62,580 nucleotides of DNA, filler included, from Collodictyon triciliatum (GCA_043381765.1; 9 parts of 9 records of this genome joined end to end with filler, not necessarily neighbours in it); one strand, 5' to 3'. Counted from the first letter of the whole stretch, positions 1-12,953 are shown. Translations and numbers: made by a program. Notes: generated from the sequence alone by a model not told the origin.

Positions 1-693
1 GTTCTTGGTGTTGGGATTTGACAAGCCCTCTTTTTTTTCTTGTGCTGGAAATGACTTAAGCTTTTGGGCTTTGCCGTTCGCGCCAGAATACGAACACAGA
101 CTGTCGTGGGCATCTATATAAGCGAAACAGCGACACCGGTTCTTGTTTTAGGCCTGTTCCGAGGGCAGAAGAACACTTGTGCGCGTGCGGGCTGTGCCCT
201 GCTGCAAGAGTATGTATCTATGTATAAAACATTAACAAGCATATATTTTTTTCCCTTTATTCTAGTCTTAAACATTCAGTTAACTTCGATAAATGACACA
301 AAATATCTTGAAATATTATTTATTCCGCAAATAGACACTTGGCACCACGCGGTTATACCTCTCCGCCCGGACAAACAGTTCGCCCTTGCAAGTCAGTCCC
401 TAGATACATGGGTGGTGAAAGCAGGTTCATCTCTCACGGCTTGAGAGGGCAGATATCATGAGACAGTTTCAAAATCCCTCTTGTTTCTTTGATTTCGAAT
501 GGTACAGTCGGTGAAGATACGTGGATTCCAAGTCCCTAACACGACGCCATCTGCCACATGTACTTCTTGTTTCGTTCGTTAACACATCAACTTAGGGAGG
601 TAATTCTGTGTACGGGTGGATTTGGGTTTTATTTTTCATGATAAGCCTGTACCAGACGCACGTGATGGATAGGTGTCGCAAGCACAGTGAGAT

Positions 694-1645
694 TTACAGG
701 TTGGCGAATGCAGCCTTGTTCTCAGTCAGCCATTGCTCGAATGTCTGGGCATCCGGGACGTACTTTCGTGTTGTTTGCACGTCACGAGTGGCGTGTTGGG
801 GGAAGTCGCGGTAGTACTCAAACATGTTTGCGAGGTCGTCCGCACCAGGGAAGCCAAAGGCTGCAAACGCCTCGCTCGGAAGTGCGTGGTAGTGCACAGT
901 CTTCCCAAGAACCTTTGTGAAGATGGCGGCGTACTCAGACAGGGGAATCACGTCACCAGCTGCCCAGACCTTCTGACCGATAGAGTCCGGGGTTTCCAGA
1001 ATCTATAATCATGGTGGGTTATATAGTTTCTGAGGGTAAACTTCCATACTGCGAATAATGAAGCGGAGTAGGGGCGTTTCATGAGTGATGAAGGTTAACC
1101 CAAAAGTTAATATGAATGAATAGGCAACTTTGAATCGAATAAAGGAAAAAAATGAATGAATAGGCAAAACGAGTATGTGTTTTTGAAGGGGTCTATTACG
1201 GCCGAAGCGACTTTGCCGATGTCATCAGTAGAGATGCCGGACATAGGGGTAGTACCCATGTTGAGGTAGATATGATAGTCTCCATCCTCACCCTTGCGAG
1301 GTGGCATCATTCCGTTGAAGTTGTCAAAGTAGAAGGAGGTGTACAGCTCCGTGATAGGAAGGCCAATGGATTTGTAGTATTCGGTGATGACTCCCTTCCC
1401 ATCAAAGTGAGGGACAACCCAATCACCCAACTTTTTGATTTTCTCCCCGACCAATTCCTTGACGTTCTCCAGTGTGCTCCAGACAACGTGCTTCAGACCA
1501 GCTTCCTTTGCTGCATCTCCAAGATTCTTTCCCTGTTGAATCTCTCGCTCGACGTTGAAGTATTCCCAGAAGTTTGTCACAAAGAATGCACCATATGCAC
1601 CTGCAGATATGTGTGGTAAGGGAGAGGATATAGGGGCAGCCGTGA

Positions 1646-1697
<52 letters not shown>

Positions 1698-2098
1698 AAC
1701 TTCTTATGTCCTTCGCTGCTGGAGAGAGACGGGTGTAATGCCAAGTAATTACCAGCAAGCGCAGTGGACAGGGTTTCTTTCTCGTCGATGTTTGCCGAAA
1801 CTACTTGAACACCTTGGGCCACGAGAGCCTTGCTTGATTCAGAGTCCACTTTGCGTGTGACAGCACGGACCTGTGGGATCAAAAATTTAAGCACGGGGGG
1901 GGGGGGGGTTTTGCGCTTCGGGTGGTCATTTGTCTGGGGGGGGGGGGGGGGGTTTTGACGTTCTGGTGTACTATTGTCTGTGGTTGGTATGTGGTGAGGT
2001 CTCACCGAGTATTTTCCGGATTTCAGAAGGGCACGGACTACAGCACCACCCTGCTTTCCTGTCGCACCAAAGACAACGACGACGGGCTTCTCAGACAT
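694..2098 (-). CDS. NmrA-like (NMRAL1/HSCARG-type) NAD(P)-binding protein, 4 exons (2098-2006, 1870-1753, 1600-1200, 1002-694)
   Basis: Rossmann motif VVVFGATGKQGGAVVRAL, then AYGAFFVTNFWE, EIQQGKNLGDAAKEAGLKHVVWS, VPHFDGKG and GFPGADDLANMFEYY. GT-AG introns join the exons in frame. Confidence 0.93.
1112..1167 (+). mobile_element. Ultra-short hairpin-poly(A) insertion, copy 1 (core 1128-1145), perfect 16-bp TSD ATGAATGAATAGGCAA
   Basis: TSD 1112-1127, then CTTTGAATCGAATAAAGG and an A-run, then TSD 1152-1167. Lies in intron 3 of the NmrA gene, antisense to it. Confidence 0.85.
1644..1699. repeat. (GAAA)n microsatellite in NmrA intron 2
   Basis: Direct reading of the sequence. Confidence 0.95.
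1895..1980. repeat. Degenerate two-unit tandem repeat (~41 bp), each unit starting with a poly-G tract
   Basis: Gn-TTTTGCGCTTCGGGTGGTCATTTGTCTG followed by Gn-TTTTGACGTTCTGGTGTACTATTGTCTG, in NmrA intron 1. Confidence 0.6.
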
Positions 2099-3427
2099 TT
2101 GGTTGCTTGGTTGTTGGAACTGACGTGAAGGGTTAACCTGTCAAGTATTGCAGTGAGAATCCAGACGTGTGGTTCCGCACTGCGATCGTGTAACACTCTC
2201 GTATCTGCGTCTTCTCGTATCATATGGCTGGGTGTATGGCTCTTGCTTTCAGTTATCTGTTGATGCTGTTTGTTCTCCGCGGCTCCCAGGACGCCCCTTA
2301 CCCAGTGGGCATTTTGAAGTAGAGCCTCACCATGCAAATTTCCCCCGCAGTTATCATGGTGATTTTATATGCAGGGATATACGGCTCCCTTCGCAAGAAC
2401 TGGCAAATGTTTCACCATCGAAGCGAGCGTCATGATCCATCTTTCTAGAGCGCTGCTTCTTTGAATGTCAACTTGCTTCCCCAGGATGGAGGGAATGTTC
2501 CAGAAGGGAAGTCCCATTTATGGGTTCGATTGCAATCTGTTTGTTTGGATTATGATAAAATCTGGAAAATACAGAATGTATTTGATACAAAATGTTGGGG
2601 AGCAACTAGAAATTACAATATTTAATACTGTAGCGATTTCTTAAATTCTGTTTACAACACAGTTTGACGCCTAGTCATCAACCCACACAAGCGGCAGATA
2701 CTTCCGCGATTCAGCTCCTTCAACAGCCTGAATCCAAAACAAAAAAAAAAAGATAGAAACGTAACCACACCCAACACAACGAACCTAAAGCCATTCATGC
2801 CAGATATAGCAACTTAACATACGGTATTTATCCTACCATTCATTTTCGACGCAACTTCGAGGAAACCCACGCCGCCTGCATCGCATAAATACCTTTGCGC
2901 TTCGCCCAGGGTTCAGAGATTGGATCAGTTTTTCAAGAGTTGGAGGTCGATGGCACCCAGAGAAAGAACACGGCTCGCAATGCTGCCGGGCGGGGCGAAA
3001 GCGTAAAACTTGACTACCACGCTACCATTCATGCGCCGTTTACTTGCGGGGGCAATATTTATGCGAAAGCAACTGGCTTGACCTTTGTTGTGAGGAACTG
3101 AGAGACACCTCCCAGCTAGCGATGTGTTGGCGCAGCCTCTTATTTATATTCTTCCACTGAAATATTGAATCGAGTAATAATAACAAGAACAAGAACAAGA
3201 ATAAAAAATAAAAAAAAGTCATTTTCTTGCGGAAAAAAAAAAGGAAAATAAATATTCCTTCACTCACCCAACTAGTTGTATTTGCCTCGTCATCTCCTGC
3301 AAAGAGAGTTCCTCTCCACTCAGCCAAGATCACACACCTTGAGCAGAGGCATTAAGCATGCCTTCTTTTCGTTATATGCTTCCTAATTCTTTCAAGTCGA
3401 TCAATAGTTCAGCGAGAGAAAAGAAAT

Positions 3428-5371
3428 ATGAATACTTGGACTGGTTTTGACCTCCCCAGAGGTTCTCAAGCGCCCCTATTTGGAAACCAAAGCAGAGGCC
3501 AGGGGGCAGAGGTAGACGACGAAATGCCTTACGAGGACCTTGATCCAGCGAATTATGTGTACCATGAGAGGCAGGAGTCATCCCTGTGCCTGCGCCACGC
3601 CCTGAACTCGCTTGTTCAAAGGGAATACTTCCAAGATGTAAGAGTTACACTTTTCGCCTCATTTTGTTATCTAATAATATCTCTCGCTATGAACCAAGGT
3701 AGATTTTTTTGAAAAAAAAAAAAGAAGAAAAGTATAGCTATTCCTTCCTCCTCATTAATGGGAATTATACATATGTAACTATTACAAATAAAATAACCTT
3801 GAATAATGGAGATATATACATTCATAATATAAATCTCAAAAAGGAAGGTTTTTAAATAGAAATCCTCTCCCACTGGTAATTAAAATTGTTAACTGGAAGA
3901 CTTTGTTGTTACTAACCCCTCGGGAATATACAGGAAAAGCTGGGGGAAATCGGTTGTGAATTAGACGAGAGAGAAAGACTAGCTTTAATTGGTTCACACA
4001 CCACAGAGGAAGATGTTCAAGCTTTTTACAAGGATGGCTACAGAAATGTTCGAGATGATGGATTTTTTAGTGTAGAGGTAATATCTTCCTTTATTTCCTT
4101 CCTTTGAATCGAATAAAGGAAAAAAAAATCTTCCTTTATATCCTTTAGAGGCTATTCTATCCTTTTTTCTTAAATTTTAGTAGTATATCTGGTACCACAT
4201 TAGTGTCTTTATGACCACAGTCCTATATCATACATAGGTAATGCTTCATGCACTTGAGTATCAAGGGTTACGAGCTATTCGGTATAACAGCTCTGAAGCA
4301 GAGGAAATCCGTAGGCAGCCAGAGTATAATTTTAGTCGATTCATCATTTTCAAGCCACATTTTTTCCTGCACTTGTGTATGCCTCACAGACAAAAGCTGT
4401 TGAATTCCCTTCGAAGTGCTACAACTCTACGTCGGTATTAAACGCAGCGAATACATATGACGAAACCAGAAACCAAGTGGGGTACATATTCAACCTTGAA
4501 AGTCATTGGTTTTCCCTGAGACGCATCGGGGGAAAATGGTTCGCTTAATTTCTCTTTTGTATTAGGTCTATATGGCCATTCTATCATCGATAATCCAATA
4601 ATCAGCCTTATATTCTTTCTTAGCCCTTTTTCTTAAAAGCAACAATAATAACAACAAATATACCACCATATAATTTCCTGGTTCATACCTAAATTCAAAC
4701 CATCAACTTGCACAAAAATTGAAAGAAAAAAACAACAACAACAGAATTCAAAATTTTTATTTCTTCCTGACAATCTGAAACGGTCTCTCCCTGCATCAGA
4801 AGCCTGACTTATTTTGGATTCAATTAGGTTCAATCTGAATAGTACGTTTAAGAAACCACGCCAGCTTTCAAACACATTTGTCTCACTGTTTATCGCACAA
4901 ATCATGGAAGAAGGCTACAGTGCATTTGCCATTCAAGGTATCGGGCTTATCCTTTGAATCGAATAAAGGAAGAAAAAAAAAAGAATTGGGCTTATTGTGC
5001 CCTTGTAGCATTTTTATTTTTATTATTAACTATACTAATATCCTTGAATCAAAAATAGTATTTTATACAAAAAAGAAATTAAAAAAATTAAAGAAAATAA
5101 TCAGTACACCGAGCGCATCACCCTGCTTTGAATATCGACAGGGGCCTACCCACCGGTGATACAAGAGGACCTTATCAGCAATCTTCCTGATCGGCTGTAT
5201 GTGGCGCCCAAACGTCCCAGCCCACGGCACAGACCCCAGGAGCAGCACTACCAGCCCCACTTCCAAGGGCAACCAGGTCACACTCGCAGGCCACCCACTT
5301 CATGGAATTTCCAGGGTGCTGATGACAGTGAACTCGAGCTGGCCATCCAGCGCAGTCTGCAAGAAAAGTAG
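3428..5371 (+). CDS. ATXN3: Ataxin-3-like Josephin-domain deubiquitinase with C-terminal UIM, ~6 exons
   Basis: YHERQESSLCLRHALNSLVQ (catalytic Cys), DDGFFSVEV, FNLESHWFSLRRIGGKWFNLNS (His, Asn) and a UIM DDSELELAIQRSLQE. Confidence 0.92.
4083..4145 (+). mobile_element. Ultra-short hairpin-poly(A) insertion, copy 2 (core 4101-4119), 18-bp TSD with 1 mismatch
   Basis: ATCTTCCTTTATTTCCTT + CCTTTGAATCGAATAAAGG + A-run + ATCTTCCTTTATATCCTT. Starts just after the GT donor at 4078 in an ataxin-3 intron. Confidence 0.85.
4935..4995 (+). mobile_element. Ultra-short hairpin-poly(A) insertion, copy 3 (core 4951-4969), diverged 11-16 bp TSD
   Basis: (AAGGT)ATCGGGCTTAT + CCTTTGAATCGAATAAAGG + A-rich tail + ATTGGGCTTAT, at the donor (4938) of the last ataxin-3 intron. 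Confidence 0.8.
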
Positions 5372-5835
5372 ACTGCGTCTTCTTTGCGGTTGTAGAGCTA
5401 TGGTTATCATCCACCCTTGACTTGTCTTTCCTTTTTTTCTTCTGCCCTTATCCAGTTTGCTTTCCCCGTGCCATTCTCTTAAATGCCCTGAAGGTCTTGC
5501 TGCTCATATGCATTCTCCTCTTTCTTACCACCTTTCTTTTGGAAGACAAGCAAAAGCCTCCACTTCGAAGTGGCGCCTGCCACCCTGCAAAAAGTGCGAC
5601 GAAAGGCAAAGACTCCTCCGCACATCTGAAATTCACGCATCAATGCACCTATTCATCGACTGCTGCTCCATTCTTGCCTGTCCGTCCAACTAAAAAACTG
5701 CCCCGGCATCCCCTTTAAGTGATGTTCCCTTATATTTTTGACCTCCACCAGTCCGCTCTCCAGCACAACGCGTCTCTTGGTTGTTTTTTTTCTTTCCCTC
5801 CTTAAATATTTTTTGATTAATCTTTATCTTTATCT

Positions 5836-6234
5836 GTTTTGTTTTGTTTTGTTTTGTTTTGTTTTGTTTTGTTTTGTTTTGTTTTGTTTTGTTTTGTTTT
5901 GTTTTGTTTTGTTTTGTTTTGTTTTGTTTTGTTTTATGTTTTGATTCGTCCCAGCAGATGGCCAAAAATGTACAGCTGAAAGAGACAAGAACAGGGTGAT
6001 CCTGTCAAGGCGACTCTGCAAACCCGGTGCGGCCTGTGGCAGTTTGAGTTGATCCAAGGCGCACACAACGCCATAGTCTTTGCTCGTCGCTCAGTCAAAC
6101 TGCAAACAAACAAACAAACAAACAAACAAACAAACAAACAAACAAACAAACAAACAAACAAACAAACAAACAAACAAACAAACAAACAAACAAACAAACA
6201 AACAAACAAACAAACAAACAAACAAACAAACAAA
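5836..6234. repeat. (TTTTG)n (5836-5935) and (CAAA)n (6103-6234) microsatellites
   Basis: Direct reading. These explain the spurious low-complexity ORFs here. Confidence 0.95.
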
Positions 6235-6302
6235 CTGCTCCGACAATATGACCATCAATAGCACGGCAAGTTACCCACATTTTTTTAAGTGAAAGATTGA
6301 GT

Positions 6303-7524
6303 ATGGCCGGACAAAGCAAGGAGACCGACGGAAGCGAAAAGGTGGGTTTTGCAGCAATGTTAGCTGAGCTCACATCCTCTTTTTTTTTTTTTTTATCTCG
6401 CTTTCTTTTTGTTCTTTTTCATTCTTTTTCATTCTTTTAATTACTACTTCAATATATGCCACATGATACTTGTCTGCCCGCCTGCTGCGCGAGGGGGACA
6501 TGCCTTTCTAAAATACCACAACACGACAGCCATTGGGTTTGTATGAGATCTTCAAAAAAGCAGGGCGATCTTTTCTTCTCTGCTGGGCTGTCCACTTTGC
6601 AGCCGACCTGTTCTGGAGAAAAACCTTCCCCGCCGCATTCTATTTGCAACCCTTCTCCAAGCGCATTGAATTCCCAGAGAGGTTACTTGCTCTTGTTCTT
6701 GTTCCTATTCTCCTTCACGCCTCGCACCACCTGTTCATCCACATCGCGATAATGCCAGCATCACACCACCAGACCGGAGTGATGATACCGCGCATAGTTT
6801 GAGTATTTATACTCCTTTATAAGTGTGTATGTGTGCTGACACGATATCTTTCCCGTCAGAATCGTCTCCACCCTTCATGGCCTTGTCGTAGGACTCGGTG
6901 CTTTGGAGGAGGTATCAACGCCGCACTCTGTTCAAAAGATATGCAAAACAGCAGCAATACATCTCATCTTGTTTCTTTAGTTTTGTTTGTCTCCTTTCTC
7001 TGGCTTTCCGCTGTTCGCTTGCCCGGACATCAAGACATCAGCCTCTTGACAACACAACCCCCGCGACAGGTGTTTGGGAAAAGGACCTTTGAGTCGGGTT
7101 CGCTGGCCACAAAGTATTCGCCCGATGTAGACGGACTCTTTTCCTTCTCCCTTGGATATGAGCTCTACGACATCATGACCATGATAGTGCAAGGAGACCA
7201 GCCGACTGGCATGTTTGCCCACCATGTCATGTGCATCCTTGGTTATCTTGTCTGCATGGTGCGCCTCAATCATCGCCTTCGCCATCACCATCACGATAAT
7301 CACGATAATCAAAATCGCATTAGCTCAGCCGCCGCGTTTCGTTCTACCCTGTCAGCTTCCTAATCACAGAGCTCACTGTTGTGCCGACAAACATCAACTG
7401 GTACCTCAAGATTCTTCGGGCCCCGCCGTCTGTGCAGTTTCTCAACAACACAGCTCGCTTTCTGTCCTACCTGCTTTTCCGCACGCCCATCATCGGATAC
7501 GTGGCTTGGAAGACCCATCAGCGC
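6303..7524 (+). CDS. TLC (TRAM/LAG1/CLN8) domain membrane protein, 3' end truncated by contig end
   Basis: Spliced product MAGQSKETDGSEK|PLGLYEIF...ERIVSTLHGLVVG...FSLGYELYDIM...MFAHHVMCILG...FLITELTVVPTNINWYL...FLSYLLFR, which carries the TLC hallmark motifs. Confidence 0.85.
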
Positions 7525-7625
7525 ANNNNNNNNNNNNNNNNNNNNNNNNNNNNNNNNNNNNNNNNNNNNTTAATTAATTAANNNNNNNNNNNNNNNNNNN
7601 NNNNNNNNNNNNNNNNNNNNNNNNN
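7525..7625. other. Artificial contig linker N-TTAATTAATTAA-N (12-mer also at ~15120, 22749, 30373, 37997, 45616, 53235, 60852)
   Basis: An identical six-frame-stop 12-mer embedded in N runs recurs every ~7.6 kb. Confidence 0.98.
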
Positions 7626-7720
<95 letters not shown>

Positions 7721-8162
7721 CATAATTGTCGCGAGTGGATCCTTCTAACAACACCCTCCATTATAAGCTTTGAATAAAGAAGGGGAAAAGCCAGAAGCCC
7801 GAGAGGACAGGACGCACTGCGGCTCATGCGCGAGAACACAAACCACTGTTCGATCAAGTCTGTTTTGGTGGATTTCTTTCACAGAATTGTAATAGATCCG
7901 AATATTATCACCCCGGATTCCAGACTCACTGCTCACTTGAGCATGAAAATAATTGTATTTCTGTTTTATACTTCATATAAGAGTCTTATAAACATAGTAA
8001 TCACTATAAAAAATTGAAATAAATTCCAGATATGTTCTAATCATAGCGAGCCTGTTGCGCGATATATTTCTATTCGCCATATCCGTTTTTTCTAGTTCCT
8101 GTTGTTGTTGTTGTTTTTGTTTTTGTTTGCCTGTAGCCGAGGTATTTTCAATTCCACTTTAT

Positions 8163-11100
8163 TCAGCGCATGCGATAGACCACCAGTGGTGTTGAAACGT
8201 AATTTCCGTCGGCATCAGAAAATGCAAAAGATGGGAGCATGTACTTGACGGACTCTGGGGCGCGGTTTGTAAACTATGAATAAACGGATGGCAGTGAGTT
8301 TGGCAGTGATTTGAGAAAGGAAGGGCTGGGAAAAAAAAGAAAGTGAAAGTTAGAAAAGGAACTGTAAGAAAGAACAAGATACGGTTATATATGCGCAACC
8401 TTCTGGAATAAATCTCCGATCTTCATGTCAAGCTTAGAGTGCGTGTCCTTCATGAGCTTATTATATAAGATGGCTCCACCTCCACCAGTCGTAGCGATGG
8501 AAAGAGAATCCACGTGTATCTTGTGAGTGGCCTCGATATGCTCGATTATTTGGCGTACGGTCGCATTCGCCTTCTCCGGCAAGTCGATATCTAGGCGATC
8601 CCAAGTCGTGTGGCCCTCGGGATACGATGTGATTATTTCCTCTTCCTCATATTCAGGGTGATTGTATGGGTCCGGGAAGGTCTTGACGACTTGACTCTTT
8701 ACCTTTGCAGGAGGGACGGGCTCTGACATGGAGAAGATGGGGATGGCTAAGTTGGCGTATAGGTTTCGATATGACTCCAAGGGCTTCTTCTGGATAATCT
8801 TGTAAAGCTCCAGACATACAAACCCAGTCACCATGGCTGTGGTTGTTGCGATGGCTGGAATGATTCGACCGGCTATGAGTTTGGCTTGTAGTTTGTCCAC
8901 CTCTTTAATCTCGTAGTTGCGTGCCCGAAGATTCCCGACCGAGCCGATGTAATCCATGTGGAAATTTGTGTCATCGTCCTTTTCGAAGGCAATAGGAGAC
9001 GGCTTCAGGTCCTTGACGGACAGGATTCCCCGCAGAATGCTTTCTAGGGGCTCTTCGTCTGCCTCGGCTGCTGACCCATCCCTCTGTCGTTGAGGTTCTG
9101 ATGACTCGGCATTTTCAGTCTCCTCCGTTTTGACTTCGAAGCTGGACACAGGGACAAACTCTGGTATCTTTACATCACATAGAATGGATCTGAACATGTC
9201 AGCGTCTCGGTTGTTTGGTGGGATGGGAATGCTTGAAGAGACTGCTCTTAAATTTGATGCTGCAATGATAAATTGTATGTGGACTTCATCTTCAGGGTCA
9301 AAGTCGAGTATGGTGGGGAATCTCTTTGGTGGGGACCAGAATGGTGCACCCGACTTCGTTTTGAGGTCGTGGGGACATGAATACACTAGCTGTTTGATTC
9401 GGTTCACAAATAGGTCCTCGAATTTAAATCTAGCCCACTTTATGCAATCCTCGAACGATAGACATGAGTCCACAAGAACAAAGTCCTTGATCCCAGCAAG
9501 CTTCTCTCTGATATCTTTCGCAGAAAGGCCAGCCTTAGTCAAAGATGAGATGTATTCATCTTGTTTCTCAATGCACAGACTTGCATCGGTTGGAACGGAT
9601 TCAAACTGACCGATAAAGTCAGAGCGTGCCCAGGACAGACAATGTTGGATGTTATGAGGAAAATTATGGAGTGTACAGTCTGGGACAACTTTTTCTGGTG
9701 GATCCGAGGAGGCGCCATAATTCTGAGTAAGGTGTGGGACAATTACCTGAGAGTTGCACTTTGTTCCTAATGTCCCAGACTCCAGTAAGGCTTTTGCATA
9801 AAAAAGACATCGAGAGTCAACATACATGCGAGCCTTCACATTGTCCAGGGCGTTACATATTCCATCCAGCCGCTCCCAAAATTCATCATTAAATACACTC
9901 TCTGTTTCAGATGATACGCGGTCTTGCATAGATTTTACATTGAATTGAGGGTTAATGCTTTGCACGACATTTGCGGCAGCCGAAGATTTTGACTGACCAA
10001 TCATCCAATTTCTGAATAAAAATTGCCTTGTTAGGTTAGATTTTTCAATNNNNNNNNNNNNNNNNNNNNNNNNNNNNNNNNNNNNNNNNNNNNNNNNNNN
10101 NNNNNNNNNNNNNNNNNNNNNNNNNNNNNNNNNNNNNNNNNNNNNNNNNNNNNNNNNNNNNNNNNNNNNNNNNNNNNNNNNNNNNNNNNNNNNNNNNNNN
10201 NNNNNNNNNNNNNNNNNNNNNNNNNNNNNNNNNNNNNNNNNNNNNNNNNNNNNNNNNNNNNNNNNNNNNNNNNNNNNNNNNNNNNNNNNNNNNNNNNNNN
10301 NNNNNNNNNNNNNNNNNNNNNNNNNNNNNNNNNNNNNNNNNNNNNNNNNNNNNNNNNNNNNNNNNNNNNNNNNNNNNNNNNNNNNNNNNNNNNNNNNNNN
10401 NNNNNNNNNNNNNNNNNNNNNNNNNNNNNNNNNNNNNNNNNNNNNNNNNNNNNNNNNNNNNNNNNNNNNNNNNNNNNNNNNNNNNNNNNNNNNNNNNNNN
10501 NNNNNNNNNNNNNNNNNNNNNNNNNNNNNNNNNNNNNNNNNNNNNNNNNNNNNNNNNNNNNNNNNNNNNNNNAAAAAACATTCTTAGGTAATATGCTTGT
10601 TAATAAATTTTAAAATTAATTAATTTTGTACCCTCCAAATATTGCGGCCATTGGATTCAGAATACTAAGGCAGCCACGAGCAAAGGCATTAATAATTTTA
10701 ATGTCAGATTCAGATATATCTGTCTTATGGATTTCTTTAGTCAATTTAATTAACTCCGAGGCATGCTCGTCATTTCGTGGTTGGGGGTGTTGTCCATGGG
10801 TAAGACAGTACCGATCTAGAGCGCGGAATATTGAATGGAGCAGATTTGGTCGCTCCATTTTGGAGTAGTCATGAATCAAAAATTCTCCAGGGGACTCTAC
10901 ACTCTCTGAAAGAGGAAGGAAACGACATGTGATAGGCATTTTCACCTGTGTCACAATACCACCACGTATGTAATCAGAATATGATGTTGTATCCCCAATG
11001 ACAAACTTGAAAGGGAAGCACTCTTTGATCTGAAGTGGAGGGCAATCATTCAATTCGACCATACCCTCAACTTCAGAGAATGTAACGTAATCGCCTTCTT

Positions 11101-12289
11101 CAAATTCCAGTCTATCGCCCGATATGCATGTGACAGCTGTAGATGTGCCTTTAGAGATGCTCTGGATGATTGCTGTCTTGACCTCCTCTCCATCTTTGTC
11201 ATGGACTATAAATTCGGAACCAAAGTCGGTAAATAGAGAGCCAAACACGCCGTGAATATCTGTTCGTATAAATGCAACAGCAGGATCTCTTTCTCGGCAT
11301 ATTGTATTGATTCTCACAGCATTTTCAAAAGATGATTCTATCAGAATAACCACATCAGCGGAGAGGACATCTTCTTTTTCCAACGGTCTGTTGATGGCGT
11401 CAACCTTTACTAAAGGGTTTAGTTCTTGCACTTTTTTGATACAGGTTGTTGCTCTGGGTTGTCCGATATCCGAAGCCGAAAGGAAGAAGTTTGCAGAGAG
11501 GTCTTCCAACGAAACAGCTTTAGTGTCATGCAAAGTGATATGTCCTACATTTGCAAGAGATATGTTTTTTACAACCTCAGCTCCGAGACCATTCAGTCCA
11601 GAAATGATAATTCTGGAACGTGTCAATTTGGCCATCGCCTGTCGCCCATAGACAGCCAACTGTCGGCTTTGAAGATTTTCATCGATATCTTGACCATTCT
11701 GGGGTTCTGATGGGACAGAGGTACTTGTCGGCTCTTGATCCTGTTCAGTAAATTGACGCAGAGGCTCATCCTCCTTGGGTTGTATTTCCTTGGGTTGTTC
11801 CTTCTTGGGTTGTTCCTTCTTGGGTTGTTCCTCCTTGGGTTGTTCCTCCTTGGGTTGTTCCTCCTTGGGTTGTTCCTCCTTGGGTTGTTCCTCCTTGGGT
11901 TGTTCCTCCTTGGGTTGTTCTTCCTTGGGTTGTTCTTCCTTGGGTTGTTCTTCCTTGGGTTGTTCTTCCTTGGGTTGTTCTTCCTTGGGCTCTTCTTTTC
12001 GTTGTTCTTCCTTTGGTTCTTCTTTCTTGAGCTCTTCTTTCTTGGGCTCTTCTTTCTTGGGCTCTTCTTTCTTGGGCTCTTCTTTCTTGGGCTCTTCTTT
12101 CTTGGGCTCTTCTTTCTTGGGCTCTTCTTTCTTGGGCTCCTCCTTCCTTGGAAGGCTTTGGCTTGGTCCTTGGTTTTGTTTTTGCGGTGCTTGAGCAGGC
12201 TGCTTTGGCGCTTCATGCTGCTGGGACTCTGCTTGTGGTGGAGCAGCCGCGTGTGAAGGCTTGCGACTCATCGAGCTGCCGCACCCCAT
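8163..12289 (-). CDS. UBA1: Ubiquitin-activating enzyme E1 (UBA1-like) with N-terminal MGCGSS motif and pentapeptide repeats; internal gap 10050-10572
   Basis: DENLQSRQLAVYG...ISGLNGLGAEVVKN, LDNVKARMYVDSRC, catalytic PDCTLHNFP, PFWSPPKRFP, FEKDDDTNFHMD, KLIAGRIIPAIATTTAMVTG. Last exon 8273-8163 (FTNRAP...VVYRMR*). Confidence 0.93.
11773..12147 (-). repeat. Coding 15-bp tandem repeat: a PKKEE block followed by a PKEEQ block in the E1 N-terminus
   Basis: Direct reading and ORF 10616..12289. Confidence 0.95.
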
Positions 12290-12499
12290 TTCCTTGGACT
12301 TCTGCTTTTTCTTGCTGTGTTATCTTTCGTTTCTTTCGTTGTGCAGGGCCTTGCTCTGGCGAGTCGACCTATGCAGAAGTATTCAGACATATTGTCATTG
12401 AAGGGCAGCACAAACGCTGAAGAGCGGGCGGTAGAATGACAGAAAGAACAATGTGACCTGCAGCCTCTGCTGTGCTTATGATCACCTCCCGCACTCCCC

Positions 12500-12610
12500 A
12501 AAGATCACGAAAGTATCAAAAAAAAAATATCGGAAAGGATCAGAAAGGATCAGAATGGATCAAAAAGTATCACGAAGGGATCAGAAAATATCAGAAAAGG
12601 ATCACGGAAA
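12500..12610. repeat. Degenerate ~10-bp minisatellite (consensus ~GGATCAGAAA) upstream of the E1 gene
   Basis: GATCACGAAA GTATCAAAAA ... GGATCAGAAA GGATCAGAAT GGATCAAAAA GTATCACGAA GGGATCAGAA AATATCAGAA AAGGATCACG. Confidence 0.8.
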
Positions 12611-12953
12611 ACACATCGATCGAAGCTGGGCGTGACAGAGGTTTTTTGTCTGGGTCTCCAAAGCTGGACTATTCAAGGAAAGCTCTCCTTTTTTGTACTA
12701 TTTGTGGTTAATATATCTATATGTGGATTAGGGTGGAATGACAGTAGTCAGCAAGTGTGCAGTAAATCTCTGCCGCCCCGCGGAACTGTTGCAAATCCAA
12801 AGTATATCGTGGCCAACCCAAACTACCTTCTACTTGTCACGAGATTCGTTCTCTTACATAAACTGAAATAAAAGACGCAGCAGGTGAGGATTATGTTAAT
12901 TCATGTGAGGCAATCATACGATATGCTTTATATGTTTTTTCTATGCATCTGCA

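Noticed and set aside
6096-6238. CAAACTGC on both sides of the (CAAA)n array as a TSD
   Set aside because: Only 8 bp and largely the repeat unit itself; no element body is present.
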